DNA from: Elusimicrobiota bacterium
Lineage (GTDB): Bacteria > Elusimicrobiota > Elusimicrobia > UBA1565 > JACRDR01
Direction: 5' to 3'
Assembly: GCA_041694815.1 (NCBI GenBank)
Contig: JBGFSC010000047.1
Span: 32,001-96,000, forward strand
Length of the DNA stretch: 64,000 bases
The notes below the pieces were generated by a model, which was given only the letters and a program-made list of their open reading frames with translations, had not been told where the DNA came from and made no database searches. The stretch's first letter is position 1. Each line of letters opens with the position of its first letter. Positions 19,551-28,250 of the stretch are shown here, piece by piece. A program made the position numbers and the translations under genes.

Positions 19551-20716
19551 TGATCCGCTATTACCTCGCCGAGGACACGATCGACCGCAAGGACGTCGAC
19601 CGACTCGTCGACTGGCTCAAGACATACCCGAGGCTCACCCAGGGGCCGCTGGTCCGGCAATTCGAGGAGAAATGGAGCCGCTGGCTTGGGGCCCCGCGCT
19701 CGGTGTTCTGCAACTCCGGGTCCTCGGCCAACCTGCTGATGTACTATGCCCTGCTGCTCTCGGGCAGGCTCAAGAACCGCGAGGTGGTCGTGCCCTCCGT
19801 CGGCTGGGGCACCTCCATCGCACCGGCGATACAGTTCGGTTTCGAGCCGCTGATCTGCGAGGCGGACAAGGACACCTTCGGCCTCGACTTGAACCATCTC
19901 GAGGCGCTGCTTAAAAAGCACAAGCCCTCCTCCGTCCTGCTGGTTCAGGTGTTGGGCGTCCCGCACAAGATGAAGGAGCTTATGGCCCTGAAGAAGAAAT
20001 ACAAGTTCTTCCTGATGGAGGACGCCTGTGCCGCGATCGGGGCCGCTTATCAAGGCCGCCATGTCGGCACCTTCGGCGACATGGCGAGCTTCTCATTCTA
20101 TTTCGGGCATCAGATGTCGACGATCGAAGGCGGCATGGTCTCGACCTCGGACAAGAAATTCGCCGACCTGCTGCGCTTGACTCGCGCCCACGGCTGGAGC
20201 AAGGACTTAGACGCCGAGGCTCATCAGGCCTTGGTCAAAAAGCATCGCATCGATGATTTCCATACCCCATTCGTCTTCTACGAGCCTGGCTTCAATCTCC
20301 GATCGACCGATCTTAATGCCTTCCTGGGCCTGGGCCAGGTCGACAAGCTCGCCTGGATCATCGAGACCAGGCAGCGCAACCATGCGATTTACTCCCGGTT
20401 GCTGGGCGCGCGCTTCTACACGCAGAAGCCGGAACCGGGGTCTACGGTGTGCAGCATTTCTTTCGGCATGCTGGCCGACGACGCCAAGCAGCGCCGAGCC
20501 ATTGTGAGCGCCCTGGTGGAAAATGGGGTGGAGACGCGAATATTTTCCGCGGGCAACCTGGGCCTGCACCCCTTCTGGGTCAAGCGATTCGGCAAGGCGA
20601 GTTTTCCCATGGCCGATCGCATCCATCACACGGGACTATTTTTGCCCAATAATCCGTCGCTTTCTACGGATACGGTCGAAAGCATCGCCAAGATTGTCCT
20701 GGAGGCGGCCCGATGA
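19550..20716 (+). CDS. DegT-family PLP enzyme with His in place of the Schiff-base Lys (ColD-like C3-dehydratase)
   Basis: NSGSSANL, EDAC, SFYFGHQMSTIEGG, GFNLR. Confidence 0.85.
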   Translation: MIRYYLAEDTIDRKDVDRLVDWLKTYPRLTQGPLVRQFEEKWSRWLGAPRSVFCNSGSSANLLMYYALLLSGRLKNREVVVPSVGWGTSIAPAIQFGFEPLICEADKDTFGLDLNHLEALLKKHKPSSVLLVQVLGVPHKMKELMALKKKYKFFLMEDACAAIGAAYQGRHVGTFGDMASFSFYFGHQMSTIEGGMVSTSDKKFADLLRLTRAHGWSKDLDAEAHQALVKKHRIDDFHTPFVFYEPGFNLRSTDLNAFLGLGQVDKLAWIIETRQRNHAIYSRLLGARFYTQKPEPGSTVCSISFGMLADDAKQRRAIVSALVENGVETRIFSAGNLGLHPFWVKRFGKASFPMADRIHHTGLFLPNNPSLSTDTVESIAKIVLEAAR

Positions 20717-21696
20717 CCCCCACGATCCGGCGGGTGTTGATCACGGGCATCACCGGCTCCGGCGGCAGTTACCTCGCCGATCACATACTCGAGGAGCATC
20801 CAAAGGTGGAGCTGCACGGCATTACGCGCTGGCATACCTCCTCGAGCCATCGCGATCTCTTCGGCGGCCGGGCGATACTGCATGAATGCGATCTTACCGA
20901 TCTGCTCTCCGTGCTCAACGCCGTGGAGAAATCCAAGCCGGACGCCATCTTCCATCTGGCGGCGCACGCCAACGTGCGCGCCTCCTTCGACACCCCGGGC
21001 GCGGTTCTCACGAACAACATACTCGGGACCAGCAATCTCTTCGAGGCCGTGCGCCGGTGCAAGCTGAACCCGCTGATCCAGCTCTGCAGCACCTCCGAGG
21101 TCTACGGGCAGGTGGATCCCACGGACCTGCCCATTAAAGAAGACGCGCCTCTGCGACCCATTAGCCCCTATGCGGTTTCGAAGACCGCCCAGGACCTTTT
21201 GGGCTGGGGCTATTTCAAGAGCTACGGCATGCGCATCATCCGCACGCGGATGTTCACCTATTTCAATCCCCGGCGCACCGATCTGTTCGCCACCGCCTTC
21301 GCGCGGCAGATCGCCTGGATCGAGCAGGGGCTAGCCAAGGAATTGCGCCACGGGAACCTGAACTCGGTGAGGACCTTCATCGACGTACGCGACGCGGTGC
21401 GCGCCTATTGGGAAGCGACCCTGCATTGCGTCCCCGGCGAGGCCTACAATATCGGCGGCCGCACGACGATGACGGTGGGCGACTGCCTCGAACGCCTCAA
21501 GGCCCTAGCCAAGGTGAAGATCCCGACTCGGCAGGACCCGGCGCTGATGCGCCCGGCCGACGTGACCCTGCAGATCCCCTGCGTGGACAAATTCGTCAAG
21601 GCCACCGGCTGGCAGCCCCGATACGATTTTGACGACAGCCTGCGGCATCTCTTGGAGCACTGGCGCGCCGAGGCGAGGAGGGAGAAAGCGGCATGA
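20713..21696 (+). CDS. GDP-sugar 4,6-dehydratase (Gmd/DmhA-like)
   Basis: TGITGSGG, FHLAA, STSEVYG, SPYAVSK, RMFTY, RPADV. Confidence 0.85.
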   Translation: MTPTIRRVLITGITGSGGSYLADHILEEHPKVELHGITRWHTSSSHRDLFGGRAILHECDLTDLLSVLNAVEKSKPDAIFHLAAHANVRASFDTPGAVLTNNILGTSNLFEAVRRCKLNPLIQLCSTSEVYGQVDPTDLPIKEDAPLRPISPYAVSKTAQDLLGWGYFKSYGMRIIRTRMFTYFNPRRTDLFATAFARQIAWIEQGLAKELRHGNLNSVRTFIDVRDAVRAYWEATLHCVPGEAYNIGGRTTMTVGDCLERLKALAKVKIPTRQDPALMRPADVTLQIPCVDKFVKATGWQPRYDFDDSLRHLLEHWRAEARREKAA

Positions 21697-22634
21697 TCCA
21701 ACGGGTGCTGGTCACGGGAGGCGCGGGCTATATCGGCTCGGTGCTGGTCCCGCTGCTTTTGGAGCGGGGCTTTAAGGTCACGGTGCTCGATAATTTCCTC
21801 TACGGGCAAAACAGCCTGCTCGACTGCTGCGGGCGCGAGGGATTCGAGATCGTGCGCGGCGATTGCCGCGACGAGCGCCTTCTCTCCGAGCAGCTCAGGA
21901 ACGCGGATATACTCATTCCCCTGGCCGCGCTGGTGGGCGTCCCGGCCTGCGACCGGGACCCCGTCGCCGCCGAGACCACCAACCTGGGGGCCGTGCGCTC
22001 ACTCTGCAAGCTCGCCTCCAAATCGCAGCGGATGCTGTTCCCGGTAACCAACAGCGGCTATGGGATCGGCGTGAAGGGCAAGGCCTGCACCGAAGAAAGC
22101 CCTCTCAAGCCGCTCTCGCTCTACGGCCGCACCAAGGTGCAGGCCGAGGAGGCGGTGCTCTCTCGCGGCAATTCCATCGCCTTCCGCCTGGCCACCGCCT
22201 TCGGCGCCTCGCCGCGCATGCGCATGGACCTGCTCGTCAACGATTTCGTCCACCGCGCCGTCAGCGACCGCGCCGTCGTGGTGTTCGAGGGGCATTTTCA
22301 GCGCAATTACATCCATGTCCGCGACATTGCCCGAGTCTTTTTGCACGGCATCGAGCGCTTCGACTCGATGCAGGGCAGGCCCTACAATGTCGGCCTCGAG
22401 GACGCCAATCTCTCCAAGCTCGAGCTCTGCGCCATGATCCAAAAAATCGTGCCGCAATTCGTGTTCGTCGAGGCCCCGGTGGGCGAGGACCCGGACAAGC
22501 GCGATTACATCGTCTCCAACGCGCGGCTTTTGTCGACGGGGTTTAAACCCGAGTGGAGCTTGGAGCGGGGGATACGGGAACTGGTTAAGGCGTATAAGAT
22601 ACTCAAGGGTTTTAATCCTTATGCCAACGCATAA
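21693..22634 (+). CDS. Cj1427-like GDP-heptose C4-dehydrogenase (SDR)
   Basis: GGAGYIGSVL, IPLAALVG, TNSGYGIG, RLATAFGASPRMRMDLLVNDF, RNYIHVRD, GEDPDKRDY. These match my recollection of Campylobacter Cj1427. Confidence 0.8.
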   Translation: MIQRVLVTGGAGYIGSVLVPLLLERGFKVTVLDNFLYGQNSLLDCCGREGFEIVRGDCRDERLLSEQLRNADILIPLAALVGVPACDRDPVAAETTNLGAVRSLCKLASKSQRMLFPVTNSGYGIGVKGKACTEESPLKPLSLYGRTKVQAEEAVLSRGNSIAFRLATAFGASPRMRMDLLVNDFVHRAVSDRAVVVFEGHFQRNYIHVRDIARVFLHGIERFDSMQGRPYNVGLEDANLSKLELCAMIQKIVPQFVFVEAPVGEDPDKRDYIVSNARLLSTGFKPEWSLERGIRELVKAYKILKGFNPYANA

Positions 22635-22643
22635 ACGGCGGCC

Positions 22644-23654
22644 ATGATCATCAGCCGAACCCCCTTCCGCATGTCCTTCTTCGGCGGCGGGACCGATTAC
22701 CCCGCCTGGTTCCGCGAGAACGGCGGCTGCGTGCTGTCGACGACGATCAACAAGTACTGCTACATTACCTGTCGCTACCTGCCCCCCTTCTTCGACTACC
22801 GCAGCCGCATCCTCTACTCCAAGGTCGAGACGGTGCAGGACAACGGAGACATCGAGCACCCGGCGGTGCGCGCCATCCTCAAGCATTTAGACATTAGCCA
22901 GGGAGTCGAAATCCATCATGACGGAGATCTTCCCGCCCGCACGGGACTGGGCTCCTCCTCTTCCTTCGCGGTCGGCCTGCTGCACGCCCTGCGCGCCATG
23001 CGGCATCAGCCCCGCGATAAGATGCAATTGGCGCAGGAGGCCATACACATCGAGCAGGAGATCCTCCAGGAAAACGTCGGCTGCCAGGACCAGGTGATCG
23101 CCGCCGTAGGAGGCCTCAATCGCATCGATTTCCATCCCAACGGAAAGATCGATGTCGACCCCGTCACCATCAGCCCCGCGCGGCTCTGCGAACTACAGGA
23201 GCACCTCCTGCTCTATTTCACCGGCTTTTCCCGCATCGCCTCCCTGATCGTGAAGGAGCAGCTCAACCGCATACAGGACACGAAGGCCCAGCTCAAGCGC
23301 ATGCAGGCCATGGTGCGCGAGTCGATCGACATACTCAGCGGCGGCGACCTCGCGGATTTCGGCCGGCTGCTCGATGAGGGTTGGTCACTCAAGCGCACGC
23401 TGAGCTCGAAGGTCTCCTCGCCCTTCATTGACGAGATTTACGAGAACGCCAAGGCCTGCGGCGCCCTGGGCGGAAAGCTGCTTGGAGCCGGGGGAGGTGG
23501 CTTCATGCTGATCTTCGCCCGCCCTCAGGACCAGCCGAAGATCAAGGAGCGCCTCAAGAAGCTCATGCGCATCCCTTTCCAGATCGAAGACGACGGAAGC
23601 CGCATCATCCTCTACCAACCGGACGCGCAAGACGGCGCACTTCCTGAATCTTGA
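22644..23654 (+). CDS. hddA: D-glycero-alpha-D-manno-heptose-7-phosphate kinase (GHMP family)
   Basis: RTPFRMSFFGGGTD, GLGSSS, GCQDQ, GGKLLGAGGGGF. Confidence 0.88.
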   Translation: MIISRTPFRMSFFGGGTDYPAWFRENGGCVLSTTINKYCYITCRYLPPFFDYRSRILYSKVETVQDNGDIEHPAVRAILKHLDISQGVEIHHDGDLPARTGLGSSSSFAVGLLHALRAMRHQPRDKMQLAQEAIHIEQEILQENVGCQDQVIAAVGGLNRIDFHPNGKIDVDPVTISPARLCELQEHLLLYFTGFSRIASLIVKEQLNRIQDTKAQLKRMQAMVRESIDILSGGDLADFGRLLDEGWSLKRTLSSKVSSPFIDEIYENAKACGALGGKLLGAGGGGFMLIFARPQDQPKIKERLKKLMRIPFQIEDDGSRIILYQPDAQDGALPES

Positions 23655-24337
23655 TGGTGGATGCCGTTATCCTCTGCGGCGGGCTCGGCACGCGGCTGCG
23701 CGAGGCGGTGCCGGACCGGCCCAAGCCCATGGCCGACGTGGGCGGCAGGCCGTTTTTGGAGCTGTTGGTCGACTGGGTCGCCGGTCAGGGCTTTAATCGG
23801 ATCATACTCTGCGTGGGCCATCGAGCGGACATGGTGCGGGCGCATTTTCGCTCGGACTCGCGCCGCGAGATCCTATTCTCCGAGGAAAGGGAGCCTCTAG
23901 GGACCGGAGGGGCCCTGCGCCTGTGCCGTCCGCATGGCGCGAGCGATCCTTTCCTGGTACTCAACGGCGATTCTTTCTGCGACATAGACCTTCACGCGAT
24001 GCTTCAGTTCCACGCGGAGAAGAAGGCCGCTGCCACGGTGGCGGCGGTGCGCCCGGACGGGCGCGAGGATGGGGGCAATATCGCGGCGGGCACGGACATG
24101 CGGGTTTCGGCCTTCGCCGAGAAAAAGAAAACCGAAGGCGCCGCTTGGCTCAACGCCGGGGTCTACGCCTTGGGCTCCCGCGTATGGGACTTCATTCCTC
24201 CAGGGCGCAGCTCCTTAGAAACGGACGTGCTGCCCAAGATGCTCCTTGCCGGCGTCTACGTGTTCGCCACGAGCGCGACCCTCTTCGATATCGGCACTCC
24301 CGCGCGGCTGGAGGCCTTCCGCCGCTTGAGGTCATGA
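23654..24337 (+). CDS. hddC: Sugar-1-phosphate guanylyltransferase (HddC-like)
   Basis: LCGGLGTRL, PKPMA, EPLGTGG, NGDS, NAGVY, FDIGTP; follows hddA. Confidence 0.8.
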   Translation: MVDAVILCGGLGTRLREAVPDRPKPMADVGGRPFLELLVDWVAGQGFNRIILCVGHRADMVRAHFRSDSRREILFSEEREPLGTGGALRLCRPHGASDPFLVLNGDSFCDIDLHAMLQFHAEKKAAATVAAVRPDGREDGGNIAAGTDMRVSAFAEKKKTEGAAWLNAGVYALGSRVWDFIPPGRSSLETDVLPKMLLAGVYVFATSATLFDIGTPARLEAFRRLRS

Positions 24338-26247
24338 ACCTACTCTTCATCTGCCACGAGCTTCCACCCATCGGGGGAGGCTCTGGCAACGCGGCCCTGG
24401 CCTTGGCCCGCGAGCTTGCCGTGGAGCACTCCGTGGTGCTGCTCACTTCCGGCTATCGCGAGTTGCCGGCTCAAGAACGGCATGGACAACTCCGCGTGCT
24501 GCGCTTGCCATCACCCAGGCGTCGCGTCGACGGAGCCAGCCCCATTGAACTCGTCGCCTTCGCGGCCCTCGCCGTCCGGGAGGCCTCGCGCCTGCATCGC
24601 GAACGACCCTTCGACGCCGCCGTCGCGGTGCACGCCACCGCGGCCGCATGGGCGGCGTGGCTCTTGCGCAAGCGGCGCGGCATTCCCTACGTGCTCGCTT
24701 TGAGGGGTGCCGACGTGCCAGGCTTCTTCCCGGAAATGTACGGCTGGATGCACCGAGCATCCTCCTGGCTCACTCGGCGATGTTGGGGCAGCGCCGCGGC
24801 GCTGGTGGCCAACAGCGAGGGCTTAAAACGGCTGGCCGAACGCACCGCCGCGCCCTTGGGACGCGCCGTTAAGCTTATCGAAAACGGCGTCGACGCGGAT
24901 TTCTTCACGCCCGCGGCTTCCATGCCCCAGGGGCAGGGCCTGTTCGTCGGAAGGCTGAGCCGGCAGAAGGGCCTCGAGCCGTTCTTCGAAGCGCTGCGCC
25001 TCGGCGCGCCGAGGCTGCGCGGCCGGCTGCGCCTTGAGATCGTAGGCGTAGGGGAATTGGCAAGCACATTAAGTCGCCTGGCCGAGGACGGCTTGGCCGA
25101 CATCGTCTCTTTTTCCCCATGGATGGACAAGGAAGCGCTGCGTGAAAGATACCGGGCATCCTCCTTTTTCGTTTTTCCGTCGTTGGAGGAAGGCATGTCC
25201 AACGCCCTGCTCGAGGCGATGGCCTGCGGGCTCCCGGTACTGGCCGCCGACGTCTACGGCAACAAGGGCTTGGTCGAAAACGGGGTCAACGGCTTCCTCA
25301 TCCCGCCTGATGATCCGGCCGCCTGGGCCGAAGCCCTCTACCGCATGGCGGCCCTGGAACCCACCGCCCTTAAGTCCATGGGCCAAAAAAGCCGCCAGAA
25401 GGCGCTGGGCAAGAGTTGGGGAGAGGCGGCGCGCCGCTATGAATCACTGCTGCCCCATCCCGCCGCGTGGACCCCCGAGCGCGTCGCGCGTTTCTTCGAC
25501 CTGTATCAGGCCCAGGGCGGGCTAGAGGATAACTATTTCGGGAGGCAGAGGGGAGCTGCCCTGCTGCGTTTCGTGCTCCGCCGAAGCCTCCTGCCGCAGC
25601 CGGCGCTCGATGTCGGCTGCGGTCCCGGCTATTTTCTCGAGTATCTGGTCGCCGCGCGGATCCGCTGCGCCGGCGCCGACCTGTCGGCGGCCTCCGTCGA
25701 GCGGGCGAACCGGCGGCTGGGCGGAAATCCATATTTCCTGGGGGCGCACCGGATGGGCGATGGCTTTGCGCTCCCCTTCGAGGACGGGGCCTTCCAAAGC
25801 GCCTTCCTGATGGAGACGGCCGAGCATCTGCTGCCGGAGTCGATTGCGGCCGTGTTCGGCGAGCTCCGCCGGGTATTGGCGCCGGGTGGCCGCCTGGTGG
25901 TCACTACGCCTTACCGCGAGGACCTGCGGGATTCCTCTTTGCTATGCCCGCATTGCGGCGCCACCTTCCACCAGATCCAGCATGTCTCTTCCTTCGACGA
26001 ACGCAACCTGCCGGAGCTGCTCGAGAGCCACGGCTTTTCCTGCGAGCTGGCCGAGGCACCAGCGCTTCTTCCAGACTGGCGCATCTGGCTTCGGGCGCAG
26101 GGTGGACTCGGGGCATCGGCGGCGGCATGCCCCGAATGCGGGAAGGCCTTCGCGCCGCCCGCTCCGGGCCTCCTAAAACGGGCGCGGATGCTGCTTCGGG
26201 AGCTGCGCCATCTAGTCTGCGTGGCGCACCGGGCGCCTGGCAAGTAG
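24334..26247 (+). CDS. GT4 glycosyltransferase fused to class I SAM methyltransferase
   Basis: EGMSNALLEAMACG (EX7E), then LDVGCGPG, EHL, RVLAPGG, with CPHC and CPEC Cys pairs, all in one frame. Confidence 0.85.
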   Translation: MNLLFICHELPPIGGGSGNAALALARELAVEHSVVLLTSGYRELPAQERHGQLRVLRLPSPRRRVDGASPIELVAFAALAVREASRLHRERPFDAAVAVHATAAAWAAWLLRKRRGIPYVLALRGADVPGFFPEMYGWMHRASSWLTRRCWGSAAALVANSEGLKRLAERTAAPLGRAVKLIENGVDADFFTPAASMPQGQGLFVGRLSRQKGLEPFFEALRLGAPRLRGRLRLEIVGVGELASTLSRLAEDGLADIVSFSPWMDKEALRERYRASSFFVFPSLEEGMSNALLEAMACGLPVLAADVYGNKGLVENGVNGFLIPPDDPAAWAEALYRMAALEPTALKSMGQKSRQKALGKSWGEAARRYESLLPHPAAWTPERVARFFDLYQAQGGLEDNYFGRQRGAALLRFVLRRSLLPQPALDVGCGPGYFLEYLVAARIRCAGADLSAASVERANRRLGGNPYFLGAHRMGDGFALPFEDGAFQSAFLMETAEHLLPESIAAVFGELRRVLAPGGRLVVTTPYREDLRDSSLLCPHCGATFHQIQHVSSFDERNLPELLESHGFSCELAEAPALLPDWRIWLRAQGGLGASAAACPECGKAFAPPAPGLLKRARMLLRELRHLVCVAHRAPGK

Positions 26248-27045
26248 GACCGCAGACGTAACTTTCAAAGACTCGTCCTTTGGGTTAAAGTCTGTGCTCA
26301 AATAGGGCCGAATCCGCTCGAAGGCCTCTTCGTCGCTGGCACGCTCAAGGACTTCCACCACGAATCCTTCAGACGACAGCAGGCGCAAGTGATCTGAAAG
26401 CCGCCAGCGAGGGAGATCGCCGGGATCGAGCCAACGACCCCAATGTTTCCGGGAGAACTGAAGAAAATGATAGGGATATTTGAAGAAGTGATCGCGATAG
26501 TCGACGATGTGAAGCATGAAGCCGTCTAACTTAAGCACCCGCCGAAGCTCGACGAAGAGGTCTCGAGGATCCCTCACGTGCTCGAGCACCGAATGAGAGA
26601 GCGCGACATCTATGCTTTCGCTGGCAATGGCGCGAATGGAGTCCAGCCGGCGCACTTTAGAACCCAACGCCGACTCCGTCAAGCCATGACGCTCACACGC
26701 TTTCGAAAGCAGGCTCCGGTCCAGGCGCGCGTCTAATTCGGCCGTGGGCTCTAGCCCCCATACGGCTAGAGCGTCGCGCGCTGCCAATTCGTAGGCGGTG
26801 CCATTGGCATGCCCCGCCCCGATTTCCAGCACGCTCAGGCCTCGGAACGACAATCCGGCAGCAGTCAGGTGCTTCTCGTAGAGCGAAACCACCTCTTCCG
26901 GGACGCTCTCACCGAGGCTGGGCTCATAATAAGGCAGAAACGAGGAGAGCCTGCGGACGGCATGCTCGCTCAAAAGAAACTTGCGAACCAGTCGGAGAGC
27001 GATATACTCGGCATTTTCCACGATTCTCACTTGGAGGCAGCCCAA
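26212..27045 (-). CDS. Class I SAM-dependent methyltransferase (start uncertain)
   Basis: VLEIGAG, SHSVLEHV, RVLKLDG, VDYRDH. Confidence 0.8.
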   Translation of the reverse strand: MGCLQVRIVENAEYIALRLVRKFLLSEHAVRRLSSFLPYYEPSLGESVPEEVVSLYEKHLTAAGLSFRGLSVLEIGAGHANGTAYELAARDALAVWGLEPTAELDARLDRSLLSKACERHGLTESALGSKVRRLDSIRAIASESIDVALSHSVLEHVRDPRDLFVELRRVLKLDGFMLHIVDYRDHFFKYPYHFLQFSRKHWGRWLDPGDLPRWRLSDHLRLLSSEGFVVEVLERASDEEAFERIRPYLSTDFNPKDESLKVTSAVLLARRPVRHAD

Positions 27046-28250
27046 GGAAGGGATTCGGTGGAACGCCGCTCCGACAACGCCCAGGCGCCCAGGATCCAGA
27101 AGAAAGGCAGAGCTGAAAGATGGTAGCGTGGGATCGCCCAGTCGTTGGTGATATGGAGCGACGCGTATAGAATGGGGCCCCCCAAGAGGAGTTGCTCACG
27201 CCAGCGACGTCGCAGCCGCCAGGCCCCCCATAGGCCGAAGGCCAGGGTCACCGACTGTAGGATGAGCAGGGCCCCTTTAAAGGCCAGCGGGAGCCAGCGG
27301 TGCGCGGTGAAATACTCTTGGTTAGTGAGATTGATGCGGAATATCCCGCAGTGGCTCGTAATCCAGAACTTGGCCAGGCGATAGGGCATCAACGACAGCA
27401 GCCTCGGCCAATTCGAGCTCCAATTACGGATCGCGAGCTCGCGGAAATGACGGTCGCCATCGGCGCTGTTGAAGTCCCCTTGTGGTCGAGCAGCGAGCGT
27501 CTCTTGGAAGTCGTAAGGGTAGTGCTCGAGAGAGCCGATCCACCAGGCATGGCCGGCGTCACCGCTTACGGAAGTCCAGCTATGAAAGCGCAGGCGGTTG
27601 CGGACGGCCCACGGGGCGAGCGTAGACAGAAAACATATGAAGAAAACCGCCCAGAGCGCTGCACGCCGCCGCCAGGCTCCCCCCAACGATAAGAGGGGCA
27701 ATAGACCCAGGGCGTAGAATTGATGCGCGGGCCGGCAGAGCACGGCGGCGCCAAGGAGCAGCCCCGCCATGGCGTAGAGCGACGCCTTCTCGCGCTTGGC
27801 GGCGCGGACGATGACAACGGTGAAGAGTAACCAAAGATTGAAGAATAAGGTCTCCGAGAGCAGATAGGCGCTCATACCCACAAAGAGGGGATGCAAGGCA
27901 TAGATAAGGCCGCAGGCCAAGGCCGGTCCCCAAGCCATGAAGGCGGCGGCGATCAGCGCGACCCAGATCGTGCTCAGGGAGTCGACGACCGCCTGAGCAC
28001 CCAGGACGGGCTCGATCCGGCCGCCGGCCAGGCGGAAAAAGCAGGAGACGAACAACGGGTAAAGCGGAGGGCGGCGCAGGGTAGGCGCCGTGCCGTCGAT
28101 CGTAAATCCCTGCCCTTGGGCCAGATGCACCCCTATGCGGACGTAGTCGTAGCTGTCGGGCATGAGCGGGTCGATCGCCCGCGAGCCGATGACGGCGACG
28201 CGCACGGAAAAAGCGACCAGAAAGAGAAGGGCGGCGCGTTTAAACGGCAC
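27027..28250 (-). CDS. GT-C-fold (family 39-like) membrane glycosyltransferase
   Basis: PDSYDY, RPPLYP, LLSETL, LCRP, PWAVRN, PRYHL. Confidence 0.75.
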   Translation of the reverse strand: MPFKRAALLFLVAFSVRVAVIGSRAIDPLMPDSYDYVRIGVHLAQGQGFTIDGTAPTLRRPPLYPLFVSCFFRLAGGRIEPVLGAQAVVDSLSTIWVALIAAAFMAWGPALACGLIYALHPLFVGMSAYLLSETLFFNLWLLFTVVIVRAAKREKASLYAMAGLLLGAAVLCRPAHQFYALGLLPLLSLGGAWRRRAALWAVFFICFLSTLAPWAVRNRLRFHSWTSVSGDAGHAWWIGSLEHYPYDFQETLAARPQGDFNSADGDRHFRELAIRNWSSNWPRLLSLMPYRLAKFWITSHCGIFRINLTNQEYFTAHRWLPLAFKGALLILQSVTLAFGLWGAWRLRRRWREQLLLGGPILYASLHITNDWAIPRYHLSALPFFWILGAWALSERRSTESLPWAASK

